Virus record (IMG/VR): IMGVR_UViG_3300028805_000055
Location: 64,001 to 128,000 of that record
Length of the DNA stretch: 64,000 nt
Source: a virus
Lineage: Duplodnaviria; Caudoviricetes
Reading direction: 5' to 3' (one strand)
A program made the position numbers and the translations under genes. The notes beneath the pieces are model-generated. The model saw only the letters and a list, made by a program, of their open reading frames with translations. It had not been told where the DNA came from and ran no database searches. Of the stretch, positions 17,244-26,503 are shown piece by piece; position 1 is the stretch's first letter, and each line of letters opens with the position of its first letter.

Positions 17244-17528
17244 TTATCTTTGTTTCTTTTTCTCTTCGTTGATGATTCTTTTCCACGCTGTGAAGTATCC
17301 TCTCAGTCTGGGTTCGTTCATGGAGCATATTGCCATTAATACCATGTCGTATGGTGACACTTGGTTACTTATGGCATAGGCTTTATCCCAGGGGTTGATT
17401 CTAATTCTTTCCTCTATCTTGGCTAGAATCTTGTATAGTGTTGTCATTTCCCCTAGTTTCTTGACCTTTATGATGGTATCTTTTTTTCTTTGTCTTACTG
17501 CTTCCTTTAGGGTATTATATTCTGCCAT
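17244..17528 (-). CDS. hypothetical basic protein
   Basis: 94-aa ORF. Confidence 0.7.
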   Translation of the reverse strand: MAEYNTLKEAVRQRKKDTIIKVKKLGEMTTLYKILAKIEERIRINPWDKAYAISNQVSPYDMVLMAICSMNEPRLRGYFTAWKRIINEEKKKQR

Positions 17529-17532
17529 GATG

Positions 17533-17964
17533 TTACGTTGTTCTCACCCATTGGAGTTTATCCTCTATGGGCATATGTAGCATATCCTCAGCACGTTTAA
17601 CGCATTCTTCCAGTGTTGTAGCATAGATAACGAGGTATGCTGATTTCTTCTGTAATTTTTTTGACTTAATGACGCTTGTTCTATTCTTATCGACCTGTAT
17701 GCCTCTTCTTTGGAATACTGGTCTTGGGTCATCGAAGTAGAGGTTATAGAGTCTTGCCTTGGAGCTGGATGTCTGTCTTGCTTGTTCCAGTCCCTTAGCA
17801 TGGAACTCATACTTGGAGAAGAAGCAATGCCATCTTTCGAGAGATACAACCACAGCGTACACGCTATCGTCATATTTCAGCTCATAGAATTTCCTTGGAG
17901 CGTTCTGTGCAAGGATTTCGTCAATGTGTTCAAGGTCGCATGATGCGAATTCGATATCAGTCAT
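17533..17964 (-). CDS. hypothetical protein
   Basis: 143-aa ORF. Confidence 0.7.
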   Translation of the reverse strand: MTDIEFASCDLEHIDEILAQNAPRKFYELKYDDSVYAVVVSLERWHCFFSKYEFHAKGLEQARQTSSSKARLYNLYFDDPRPVFQRRGIQVDKNRTSVIKSKKLQKKSAYLVIYATTLEECVKRAEDMLHMPIEDKLQWVRTT

Positions 17965-18439
17965 AATTGTCTGGTTTATCTGTTAATCTTATTCTTCCTA
18001 CAATTTGTAGTTTATCTGTTACAATCTCCCCGTAGTCGTTCCTATAGTAGGTTGCTCCTGCTGGGATGATGCAATGCACCAGTATTGGGTATCTCTGTAC
18101 CATTCTATCGTACCAGAAATACATTGGGCTGGCATAGTTGATTAGTCTGGCAATGAATGCCTTTCCGTCCACTGTGCTTTGTTCGAATTCAACGTCCCAG
18201 TCGAAGCAGTGTATTCCCTTGTCTATGGTACAGTGTTGTAAGTTATCGGAGTGCATGCGGATATTCTTAACCTCTATGTCAGAGGTATAGGTTTCTCCGA
18301 ACTCATACTTCTTTATATCCTTATGTCTTACATAGTAGGGGCAATAATACTCATGAGAGGGATTATACGCTATAACTTTCTTACAGTGTATATCATCCTC
18401 TGCTACTTGTTTTGACAAGAGTTTTCCGTACCAACACAT
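17957..18439 (-). CDS. MCW-family paralogue 1 (putative ART-like fold)
   Basis: MCWYG...DDIHCKK...GIHCF...IIPAGATYYRNDYGEIVT. Confidence 0.8.
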   Translation of the reverse strand: MCWYGKLLSKQVAEDDIHCKKVIAYNPSHEYYCPYYVRHKDIKKYEFGETYTSDIEVKNIRMHSDNLQHCTIDKGIHCFDWDVEFEQSTVDGKAFIARLINYASPMYFWYDRMVQRYPILVHCIIPAGATYYRNDYGEIVTDKLQIVGRIRLTDKPDNYD

Positions 18440-18440
18440 A

Positions 18441-18944
18441 TTACTCCTGTGTATTATAGGGTTTTAAATCTCTGAATGGTTTAAAATCGAAATAGGGTAC
18501 ATCCAGTCTATGAAGGATTTTAAGCCCCTCTGAGACTATTTCACCATGTTCATTCTCATAGTATACCGTACCCTTTGGGATAACGCCTCTAAAGACCGCC
18601 ACGATTCTGTTATCAGTATCACCCCTAAATGACTCGTAGTACCCTCTGAAGTGTCGTTTCGTGTCTACGATGATATATTTATCGTTGATATATTTATCGT
18701 TGTAGGCATTTTTCATCTTCACCGTACAAGAGCCGCTATAGCAATGCAGTCCTGCCTCTATTCTGATTTCGTCGTCCATACCAATTTCGGGTTTAATATC
18801 CTTGGTATAGAGCATATTCTCAATGTATGGCATATCCCTATATGGAGATAATAGGTCATTGCCATTAATGAGGATAACCTTATAGACTGGCATGTCTCCT
18901 GCTGTTGCAATATGTTTATCAGTTATCTTTCCTGTCCAACACAT
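18441..18944 (-). CDS. MCW-family paralogue 2 (putative ART-like fold)
   Basis: MCWTG...GDMPVYK...GLHCYS...VIPKGTVYYENEHGEIVS. Confidence 0.8.
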   Translation of the reverse strand: MCWTGKITDKHIATAGDMPVYKVILINGNDLLSPYRDMPYIENMLYTKDIKPEIGMDDEIRIEAGLHCYSGSCTVKMKNAYNDKYINDKYIIVDTKRHFRGYYESFRGDTDNRIVAVFRGVIPKGTVYYENEHGEIVSEGLKILHRLDVPYFDFKPFRDLKPYNTQE

Positions 18945-18948
18945 AGTC

Positions 18949-19239
18949 TTAACTGTATTTCACTTTAATACAAGGTATTTTTGGTATAGGGCATGTTTGT
19001 ACCCTCATAAGGTTATTTACACGCTCCACAAACTCAGCATCGCTCATACAGAAATTCAGATTACAGATAAGTTTCCTAAGTGCAAAGTCCTGTGCTGCTC
19101 CATTTTCAACGCTATGCCATCCACAGAGTTTGATATATGTGCATTCATATCCTGCAAATACAAAGTAGAGTTTGGGCATGATTCCGAGTCTCTTAGCTCT
19201 TACAACTACCTGTTTATCCTTATCATTTAGAACTAGCAT
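18949..19239 (-). CDS. hypothetical protein
   Basis: 96-aa ORF, coupled. Confidence 0.65.
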   Translation of the reverse strand: MLVLNDKDKQVVVRAKRLGIMPKLYFVFAGYECTYIKLCGWHSVENGAAQDFALRKLICNLNFCMSDAEFVERVNNLMRVQTCPIPKIPCIKVKYS

Positions 19240-19559
19240 AGTACTGCTGTGGCTATTGCCTCCAGAGTTTCATCGTCAGCTTCTGTTGCCCAGATGTTGA
19301 CCCAGGTATCGTAGGTGTTCTTGGTGTTGATTCTCACATGGTTAGGTGATGCATCCATGAAGTCCTTGTCGTCACTTGTGAGGCTGACGTAGACCAGTTC
19401 CACAGAACCCATATCCTCGTTAATCTGTAGGCGTTTGGTATACACTTTGGTTTCCATCGGGTCAACGCCCATGATGTCTGCCTTTTCAGTCACCTTCCCT
19501 CTCTTCATGAGGGCATCATAGATAAGTTTAATAACTTGTTTCTTGTCTAATGTCTTCAT
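19233..19559 (-). CDS. hypothetical protein
   Basis: 108-aa ORF. Confidence 0.75.
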   Translation of the reverse strand: MKTLDKKQVIKLIYDALMKRGKVTEKADIMGVDPMETKVYTKRLQINEDMGSVELVYVSLTSDDKDFMDASPNHVRINTKNTYDTWVNIWATEADDETLEAIATAVLC

Positions 19560-19570
19560 ATGTTATAATG

Positions 19571-20059
19571 TTATAATTTATTATCGATTTCTTTTACAAT
19601 TAATTTCTCTGATACAATCTCACCACTATCGTTCTCATAATAGGTCGTACCCTTTGGTATGATGGCTTTCATAAGCACAGGATAGTGATACATATCGGCT
19701 GGGAAGCAGATTGTATTTCTGGCTTGGACTGCGAGGTTTTTGATTTCACTGTATAGGTAAACAGTGATTAGACTTGTTTCTCCTTGGAAGTTTTCACGTT
19801 TCGAAAACCTGCACTTACTTGGGCTATAGCAATGTAGTCCTGCATTTATCGTTATATATGATTGACCAGATGGTGGAAAAGCATGAAGAGGGTTTATTTT
19901 GGTTACGTAACCAATACCAATTCCATACTTCATGAACTGGTATGGTGATACAAAGGAGGGATTATCAAACAATTCCTTTCTTTCTTTAAGGAGTATCTTG
20001 CGAACCTCGATGTTTTCCTTTGCTACGTGTTTATGTTCTACTTTTCCTATCCAACACAT
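19571..20059 (-). CDS. MCW-family paralogue 3 (putative ART-like fold)
   Basis: MCWIG...ENIEVRK...GLHCYS...IIPKGTTYYENDSGEIVS. Confidence 0.8.
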   Translation of the reverse strand: MCWIGKVEHKHVAKENIEVRKILLKERKELFDNPSFVSPYQFMKYGIGIGYVTKINPLHAFPPSGQSYITINAGLHCYSPSKCRFSKRENFQGETSLITVYLYSEIKNLAVQARNTICFPADMYHYPVLMKAIIPKGTTYYENDSGEIVSEKLIVKEIDNKL

Positions 20060-20061
20060 GG

Positions 20062-20544
20062 TTATAATATCTTATTTGTAATGATTAATTTATCTGATAC
20101 AATCTCTCCCTTGCTATTTTCGTAGTAGGTTGTACCCTTCGGTATGATGGCTTTCACCATGACTGGCATTCTACGCAAACTGTATATAATACGTTCAGAG
20201 TATGTGTGTGTGTTACCGAATAGCTTACTTTGATAGTTGTAATTCTTAGGGTACACTATGAGGTAGTTTGTCTGGAGGGCCTTTGGTATTGGTTTACGCA
20301 TCTTACACTTCCTGGAATACGAATGCAGCCCGATGTCTATGCGTATGGGTTCTTCTTTCGATTCGTCAACGATGTCATCCCTTACCACTATGGCATGTTT
20401 TTTTTCTTCATTGGCGGTATAGACCTCATATCTATATGGTGACAAGAATCTATCAACGTCCTTATCACACATCATCAAGACCTTTTGAACTTCAATATTA
20501 GTCTTGGCAACTTTCTTATCACTTCGCTTTCCGTACCAACACAT
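20062..20544 (-). CDS. MCW-family paralogue 4 (putative ART-like fold)
   Basis: MCWYG...TNIEVQK...GLHSYS...IIPKGTTYYENSKGEIVS. Confidence 0.8.
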   Translation of the reverse strand: MCWYGKRSDKKVAKTNIEVQKVLMMCDKDVDRFLSPYRYEVYTANEEKKHAIVVRDDIVDESKEEPIRIDIGLHSYSRKCKMRKPIPKALQTNYLIVYPKNYNYQSKLFGNTHTYSERIIYSLRRMPVMVKAIIPKGTTYYENSKGEIVSDKLIITNKIL

Positions 20545-20561
20545 AGTATACAATATTTTGC

Positions 20562-20595
20562 TGCAAAGATAACTAAAAAATCTGAGATAACCAAA
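20562..20595 (-). promoter_or_regulatory. Bacteroidota sigma promoter
   Basis: TTTGG...TATCTTTGCA; drives the MCW cluster. Confidence 0.8.
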
Positions 20596-20621
20596 TTATT
20601 TAATTATCTTTAACTCTTTTT

Positions 20622-21056
20622 TTAATGCAGCCATTGAGCCTCCCTAACCTGTCTATCAATCTTATAGTCTGGTATCTTAGAGATTACACTCTGTATTTGC
20701 TTTGTGTCAATGTTAATTAATGCCATCACTGGTACTTTGAACAGCATACATTTATTTAATATCCTTATGTCATCTTTTGTTAGCCCATCAACTGTTTCTC
20801 CATCCAGACTATAGCCGAATCCTATCTTAAGCATCTTCACGAAGTTATCGCTTGCTTCTTCCACGAAGCCAAGTGTTAATCCATATGAGACATACCCAAG
20901 TTTGGCATTTCCTATAATGTTTGCCAGTTTGAGGAAATATTTCATTCTCACATATTCTTTGAGGTCTCCTTTTCTTTTCAACCTTCTTAGAATGTCCTTA
21001 GTCCTTATCTTCTCGCCATATTTATAGCTTGGCTTTTGGTTTGTTTGCTTTCTCAT
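20622..21056 (-). CDS. hypothetical basic protein
   Basis: probable start MRKQTNQK. Confidence 0.65.
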   Translation of the reverse strand: MRKQTNQKPSYKYGEKIRTKDILRRLKRKGDLKEYVRMKYFLKLANIIGNAKLGYVSYGLTLGFVEEASDNFVKMLKIGFGYSLDGETVDGLTKDDIRILNKCMLFKVPVMALINIDTKQIQSVISKIPDYKIDRQVREAQWLH

Positions 21057-21465
21057 TCTTCTTTTTCTTCTTCTTGTTAATGTCGATGCCATGTTTAAGG
21101 AGACCCAATATCCTGTTAAGGTCTGTGAACTCCCAGTCGAATTCATCCATGAGGTCATGTGCAAATGACTTTAGGACGAACTCTGGTGTATGGTCTTCCT
21201 GTATGTTATTGGGCTGGAATGTCAGCAGGACGAACTTGCTCTTAACGAAGTCGTAATAGCCTCGTATAAGCATCTTGCCTGCATACTTATAGACACAGAA
21301 CAATCTGTCACCATCTGGTGACGAGCCAACTATACCAATCTTGAATTTTGGTTTAGGCTGGGGTTTATGCTGTTCTTGTTTCTTATCTGTCGGTGTCTTC
21401 ATCGTCTCCGATGAGGTCTCTTGGATTCCAGTTTCTCCATCCATCATTGTAGTCTTCTTCGTCAT
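21022..21465 (-). CDS. hypothetical protein
   Basis: 147-aa ORF with a Lys-rich tail. Confidence 0.7.
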   Translation of the reverse strand: MTKKTTMMDGETGIQETSSETMKTPTDKKQEQHKPQPKPKFKIGIVGSSPDGDRLFCVYKYAGKMLIRGYYDFVKSKFVLLTFQPNNIQEDHTPEFVLKSFAHDLMDEFDWEFTDLNRILGLLKHGIDINKKKKKKNEKANKPKAKL

Positions 21466-21474
21466 CTATAACCA

Positions 21475-21717
21475 TTATTCTCCTTTCATATAGTTTTTAA
21501 AGTCCTTTTCCCAATGACCAAAGCAGACAACGCCATCCTTGTCTGTATTGACATATTCTATCCAATTATTTTTAAACCACTCGCAAGCCTTCTCAATAAA
21601 GGCATCAGTTCTAGTGTACTCAACACTATCTTGGTTTGCTCTTCTTTTCAACCAAGGTCTAATAAACTCTCTACCACTAATATCGGGGTGTAGAAAAATC
21701 TTCTCTGGTGCTTCCAT
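21475..21717 (-). CDS. hypothetical protein (EAP-x-KI...EYTRTDAFIEKACEW family)
   Basis: 80-aa ORF in a low-GC cassette. Confidence 0.75.
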   Translation of the reverse strand: MEAPEKIFLHPDISGREFIRPWLKRRANQDSVEYTRTDAFIEKACEWFKNNWIEYVNTDKDGVVCFGHWEKDFKNYMKGE

Positions 21718-21729
21718 ATTTGTATAGCT

Positions 21730-22248
21730 TTATACATTATACATTCCTTCTGGGGCTTCAAGAGCAAGCCCTTTTTCGATTAATCCTCTATAATCAAAGT
21801 GATGTTTGTTAAGCCAATCAAAGATTTTGATTGATGAAATTATCTCATCATACCAAATCATTCTTATCTCAGTACTACAAAAACCATCATCAACTACAAC
21901 TTCTATATATTCGTCAGTTATTTTTATTGATAAAATATCTTTAATATCATGTAAAATAGCAATCTCCTTTGCCTCTTCCTCTGTCATAGAAGACATTGGA
22001 CGGAGAAAAGGTTTAATAAAATCAACACACCCAGTGTAATGTCTTTTGTTAAAGAAACCGAAGTCATCGCCATCAACGCCAACACTAGTATAGGTTTCTT
22101 CCATCAAAAACACATCGCTAGATGCTTTTCCATATAGTGTCATTATTGTTGGCTCTTTAAATGTCGTATTATATACTTTCACCCCACACTGCAACCTTGC
22201 ACAGAGGTCTTTGAGTAGTAATTCTTTATCTTCTTTTTTCATAATCAC
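21730..22248 (-). CDS. hypothetical protein (DKELLLKDL...LRPMSSMTEEE...HFDYRGLIEKGLA family)
   Basis: paralogue of 28929..29315. Confidence 0.8.
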   Translation of the reverse strand: MIMKKEDKELLLKDLCARLQCGVKVYNTTFKEPTIMTLYGKASSDVFLMEETYTSVGVDGDDFGFFNKRHYTGCVDFIKPFLRPMSSMTEEEAKEIAILHDIKDILSIKITDEYIEVVVDDGFCSTEIRMIWYDEIISSIKIFDWLNKHHFDYRGLIEKGLALEAPEGMYNV

Positions 22249-22409
22249 AATAAATTTAATTAGTGTAATTTAATAAGGAGGTAATCTGTCAAAGCCTCCA
22301 TATTTTAACTCTTCTCTTGCGCCAATACATATGACAACAAAAAATAATATACTTAGACTAATAGCACCGATGCCTATAATCGCATCTTCTGTAAAATATT
22401 CAAACATAT

Positions 22410-22805
22410 TTATAATAATTTTTGTTCGTGTAATTTAATAATCATAGCCACACAAGCATCAACAGGATTGTCTGCTGACACTGTAAAATCTTCACTGTGA
22501 CTATCATCTTCGTACTCGCACCACCAATTATCAATATATTCAATTGGCTCTATTCTCCAACCTCCTCTTGACAAAGTTGTTGATTCTTTTTCGTTATTAG
22601 GTAAAATGCTGTACAACGCTGCAAGACTCCAACAAGGAATTGTCTTAATCCCTAGCATAATTTCAGCAATCTGCATATCGGCCAAATTTCCAAATGCCTC
22701 CTTGTAGTTGTCTCCTATTCCCTTCTCAAAATACATATCCGCACTTTCAAGAGGAAGGAACTCTGCCAACTTCTTGCTTTGTTCTAAATCGGTGAATGCT
22801 TTCAT
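22410..22805 (-). CDS. hypothetical protein (EQS...ADM...PxWSL family)
   Basis: paralogue of the next ORF. Confidence 0.8.
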   Translation of the reverse strand: MKAFTDLEQSKKLAEFLPLESADMYFEKGIGDNYKEAFGNLADMQIAEIMLGIKTIPCWSLAALYSILPNNEKESTTLSRGGWRIEPIEYIDNWWCEYEDDSHSEDFTVSADNPVDACVAMIIKLHEQKLL

Positions 22806-23125
22806 AATTTCTTATTTTCTAGTAACCAACAAACCATTTCAAATGCAGCATCAATTGGCTCACAGGCTTTATCTATTGAATGATTAGTAGTTTCTATTTT
22901 ATATTCAATTGTTCGTTTAAATATATTAAAATTTGGCATTAATTTTAATAATGCTACAAGACTCCAGGCTGGACTACAATTAGGTGCAGTCATAGGCTGA
23001 GATATACAGTACCTACATTCATTGCTACCAAAATAAGGTACATTATACATATCCGCAGTATTAACATCCAATCCTAGCTCTATCAATCTCTCGGACTGTT
23101 CTATTGATGTACAAATATTTGTCAT
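22802..23125 (-). CDS. hypothetical protein (EQS...ADM...PxWSL family)
   Basis: probable start MTNICTS. Confidence 0.75.
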   Translation of the reverse strand: MTNICTSIEQSERLIELGLDVNTADMYNVPYFGSNECRYCISQPMTAPNCSPAWSLVALLKLMPNFNIFKRTIEYKIETTNHSIDKACEPIDAAFEMVCWLLENKKL

Positions 23126-23136
23126 AGTGAATTGTA

Positions 23137-23601
23137 TTACATTTCTATTAAATTGCCAAGCCACACCTCACATAATTCACTTTGGTACATGGCATGTCCT
23201 ATCGGATTCTCGCCAATACCATCTGAAATACAGCCTTCTAGGAAATCAACGACGGCTTCCTTAAGTGTTATTTTCCTTACATCGCTTGAGTAGTAGGGAT
23301 GGTTTACTACAATGGTGCTGAATGGCTTCTCACTAACCAGTGTAACCATGTAGTTGCCCTTGTCATAGACAACTTCCATAAGTATATCCTTGTTATTGAA
23401 TCCACCCATTTTCTTGTCATAGTCAGTATCCCTCCAGGCATCTATCCAGTCATATTGACCATCCAGTCTATCAATGTCTATTGGCAATATGGAGTTGAAG
23501 TCAAGCTCATCCATATTGACATCGTATGTTGAATATGAATTCTTTATGATTGGTCTGGGTAGCATAACGACCAATGGTATTCTAAATTTCAGTATGTCCA
23601 T
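23137..23601 (-). CDS. hypothetical protein
   Basis: 154-aa ORF with SDGIGEN motif. Confidence 0.75.
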   Translation of the reverse strand: MDILKFRIPLVVMLPRPIIKNSYSTYDVNMDELDFNSILPIDIDRLDGQYDWIDAWRDTDYDKKMGGFNNKDILMEVVYDKGNYMVTLVSEKPFSTIVVNHPYYSSDVRKITLKEAVVDFLEGCISDGIGENPIGHAMYQSELCEVWLGNLIEM

Positions 23602-23693
23602 ATATCAATTAATTTAAATCCAATCCTGGTGGTGCGCCATCCTTGAGTGGTGTTGTCACCTCGCTTGGGTCTAAGAATCTTTGTAATCATATA

Positions 23694-24002
23694 TTAGAAA
23701 ATTACATTTTCGTTTCTTTCTTGTATCCTTTGAAGGTTGGCTTCATAAATCGAAAGCACCATATCTGGTATTGTTTTATCTGGGTTTGTCAAACGATATG
23801 AATCTGCCCAATAAGACTTAAGTGATGAAGCATACTGCGACAAATGACACCACCCACCGTCTTGACATCTGACAAGTGCAAGCGTCAATGTTCTGAAAGC
23901 CTTGAAGTATTTATAGCCAGCTTTCTTGCATTGTTTATATGCTAACTGGTAGAACACCCTGTCACTTTGGTTTTCTATGAGGTCAAATACAGTATTATTC
24001 AT
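23694..24002 (-). CDS. hypothetical protein (probably leaderless)
   Basis: ATG lies 4 nt after TATCTTTG. Confidence 0.7.
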   Translation of the reverse strand: MNNTVFDLIENQSDRVFYQLAYKQCKKAGYKYFKAFRTLTLALVRCQDGGWCHLSQYASSLKSYWADSYRLTNPDKTIPDMVLSIYEANLQRIQERNENVIF

Positions 24003-24004
24003 AT

Positions 24005-24038
24005 GGCAAAGATATATAAAAAAAATGAGGATAACAAG
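24005..24038 (-). promoter_or_regulatory. Bacteroidota sigma promoter fused to a terminator hairpin
   Basis: inverted repeat TGAGGATAA/TTATCCTCA. Confidence 0.8.
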
Positions 24039-24062
24039 TATTATCCTCACTTTTAACGTTTT

Positions 24063-24488
24063 TTATCTGTTGCACCACTTGTCATACTTCTCAGAGTAGT
24101 TGCAACGTCCACTACCTTTCAGCTCCCAAGGAACAACAATATCCTTGCCACTTGGCTTGATGCGTTTGTTCTTGCTAGCCTTTCCGAATCCAAGCTTGCA
24201 GCCCCATCTGTCACCAGGAAATGCGTCGTTGACGTAGACACCCTCATTCTTATTGATGAAGGGGATAAGCAGGGCGTAGCCTGCATTCATCTTATCACAG
24301 AGGGTAGGACCTTCCCTACCAGTGAAATACTTGAACCAGATGTCGTTGACAGCATCCTTAATTTTCTCTGGAGTCCAGATGTCAGCATCAAACAGCAACT
24401 GTCCTGGGCTTGACTGCCACTCATCACCATTGGAGAAACGCCATCCAGCGTCACCTCCACACGTTACGATAAACGAAATAAATTTCAT
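24063..24488 (-). CDS. hypothetical protein
   Basis: 141-aa ORF. Confidence 0.8.
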   Translation of the reverse strand: MKFISFIVTCGGDAGWRFSNGDEWQSSPGQLLFDADIWTPEKIKDAVNDIWFKYFTGREGPTLCDKMNAGYALLIPFINKNEGVYVNDAFPGDRWGCKLGFGKASKNKRIKPSGKDIVVPWELKGSGRCNYSEKYDKWCNR

Positions 24489-24514
24489 GTTGTTTTAATT
24501 ATTTTATGTTTGTG

Positions 24515-25000
24515 CTATTTCTTATATACTTTTAAATCCTTGAAACGTCTATCATCACTCCATGTTGCATATTCTGCCTTCATTCTGCATACGAGAGTCA
24601 GTTTTTCGGTTACAATCTCTCCACGTGAATTGATGTAGTAGATTGTTACCTTCGGGATTATGCATCTTACTATGATAGGTATGATGGCATCACCGAAACG
24701 ACCATACCTAGTACCTCCAATGACCGTAATATCTCCATCATTACTCACAACGATTTGATTATCCTCGCTGTAGCAATGCAGACCTATGCCTATTGAACAG
24801 CTATCATTTTTATAATCGTACTGTGGTCTAACGGCAAAATTAGGTTCATATGTTTCACCAATCTCGTATTTCACACGACGCACAGGAGAGAATAAACCGT
24901 CGAAATGGTCTCCATGACTATATCTCTTTTCTAGTATCTTATAGACAGTGACATCCTCTAAGGCACATCTTCTGTCTTTCATATATCCAACCCAACACAT
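24515..25000 (-). CDS. MCW-family paralogue 5 (putative ART-like fold)
   Basis: MCWVG...EDVTVYK...GLHCYS...IIPKVTIYYINSRGEIVT. Confidence 0.8.
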   Translation of the reverse strand: MCWVGYMKDRRCALEDVTVYKILEKRYSHGDHFDGLFSPVRRVKYEIGETYEPNFAVRPQYDYKNDSCSIGIGLHCYSEDNQIVVSNDGDITVIGGTRYGRFGDAIIPIIVRCIIPKVTIYYINSRGEIVTEKLTLVCRMKAEYATWSDDRRFKDLKVYKK

Positions 25001-25003
25001 AGT

Positions 25004-25537
25004 TTATTCCAATGCTTCGTTTGCAAATTCCTCATCAGTCTTTACGGAAGAGTGTGCAGGGAGTCCTAATCTCTCTGCTGGTGTCTCGTGTCTTGGAGGT
25101 AGTTCTGTGAAGAGTTCAATAATTTTCTGGAACACCTCAGCAACGTCCATAATGTCGGTATCTATTCCGTAGGACTCTCTTGGTATTGCTACAGTCTTGG
25201 TGGTTACGTGACCGTCGTTGACAGTGACCCAGATTTGTTCTGTGGGCTTGTCATCTAGTCCGTTAAAGTGGTAGATACATCTTACCTTCTCAACTGTAAC
25301 ATATTGCCAGCAGTGCTTACCTTCCTTGACATAGCAATTGACCTTATCACCGATATAGACAATGTTGTTGCCCACTAGTCTTACCATAGTGGCATATATA
25401 TTATCCCACGTATTACGTTTATCTTGCATATTGATAGAAATCTCTTGCTTAATATCCATGAACAGCATAATGGCATTAAGGAGCAGGTTTCTTACTCCGT
25501 TGCACAGTTTGCTACCCAGGGAAATGAAGATGTTCAT
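25004..25537 (-). CDS. hypothetical protein
   Basis: 177-aa ORF; start uncertain. Confidence 0.7.
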   Translation of the reverse strand: MNIFISLGSKLCNGVRNLLLNAIMLFMDIKQEISINMQDKRNTWDNIYATMVRLVGNNIVYIGDKVNCYVKEGKHCWQYVTVEKVRCIYHFNGLDDKPTEQIWVTVNDGHVTTKTVAIPRESYGIDTDIMDVAEVFQKIIELFTELPPRHETPAERLGLPAHSSVKTDEEFANEALE

Positions 25538-25568
25538 TACATTGCTATCATTAATAATTGGAAAAAAT

Positions 25569-25695
25569 AGGGTTGTCAGATAGGGATTACGGCCCCTGCT
25601 TTCGTATTTGTATCCTACCGTGTCTGTCTTGTGACAGGGAATGCGGCTCTACTTGCTTTTGGGTTTTTGGTTCTACCGTTACTGTCTGACACCCT
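25569..25695 (-). ncRNA. structured intergenic RNA candidate (~127 nt)
   Basis: closing AGGGTGTCAGA/TCTGACAACCCT, inner ACGG/CCGT and CCCTG/CAGGG, followed by a T6 tract. Confidence 0.55.
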
Positions 25696-25702
25696 TGTTC
25701 GT

Positions 25703-26419
25703 TTACTCTTCCTCTGGGTCAACAGGATTGTCCTCATCAGTCTCCTCAGCAGCCTCCTCGAAGTCTTCCTCAGTGAGCAGTGCAGCAGCCTCAGCACGTG
25801 CAGCAGCCTCTGCCTCAGCCTTTGCCTTCTTCTCAGCCTCACGCTGTGGTTTGATTATGGTCTCCTGGATAATCTTGGTCTCTTCCTCATTGGCGAGGCG
25901 CAAGTCCTTGGGATTGATACACCACTGTTTCTTACCATCGGAGATACAGTGTGAGCCATCGTCGTAGCTATGCTGATAGATACCCAGGACTGTTTCACCG
26001 TTGAATTTCTTGGCACTCACCAGAGTACCCTTCTTGTGGTAGTTTACCTTTGCCATACTTTTACTAATCATTTGGTTGTTATTAAATAATGAAATTAAAA
26101 AATCGAATAACTGTTCAATCTCACGCACATCCCCGAATGCCTTTGCCTCGAATGCCCTTGACACCAGGACGTTTAAAACCTTGTCTGGGCTGTCTTCATT
26201 GATGAAGTGGAGTACTATGTCATCAGTAAGCCATGAGTGCGATACTGAGAGGTATAGGAGTCTCATTGGCTTTCTTACGAATGGTTCAGTCCTAACCATC
26301 GTGGAGATATACACATCTGGTTTGAAGATGTTGTCTCCGATGAGTTCTTTCAGTTTATCGAAGCTGTCTGTCCATCGTTTTACAGCCTTATCAAGCTCCT
26401 GTAGTTCTTTATAATTCAT
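25703..26419 (-). CDS. hypothetical protein with Ala/Glu-rich acidic tail
   Basis: start corrected to MNYKEL below the promoter; an internal start at MAKVNY is possible. Confidence 0.7.
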   Translation of the reverse strand: MNYKELQELDKAVKRWTDSFDKLKELIGDNIFKPDVYISTMVRTEPFVRKPMRLLYLSVSHSWLTDDIVLHFINEDSPDKVLNVLVSRAFEAKAFGDVREIEQLFDFLISLFNNNQMISKSMAKVNYHKKGTLVSAKKFNGETVLGIYQHSYDDGSHCISDGKKQWCINPKDLRLANEEETKIIQETIIKPQREAEKKAKAEAEAAARAEAAALLTEEDFEEAAEETDEDNPVDPEEE

Positions 26420-26438
26420 ACTGTATTTAAATTTCTGC

Positions 26439-26472
26439 TGCAAAGATAAATAAAAAATTTGAGATATCCAAA
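26439..26472 (-). promoter_or_regulatory. Bacteroidota sigma promoter fused to a terminator hairpin
   Basis: inverted repeat AAAATTTGAGATAT/ATACCTCAAATTTT. Confidence 0.8.
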
Positions 26473-26503
26473 GAATACCTCAAATTTTAACAAATATTAG
26501 TAA

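Noticed and set aside
17957-25000. Diversity-generating retroelement explaining the paralogue families
   Set aside because: No reverse transcriptase in the window and no template/variable pair differing only at adenines was seen
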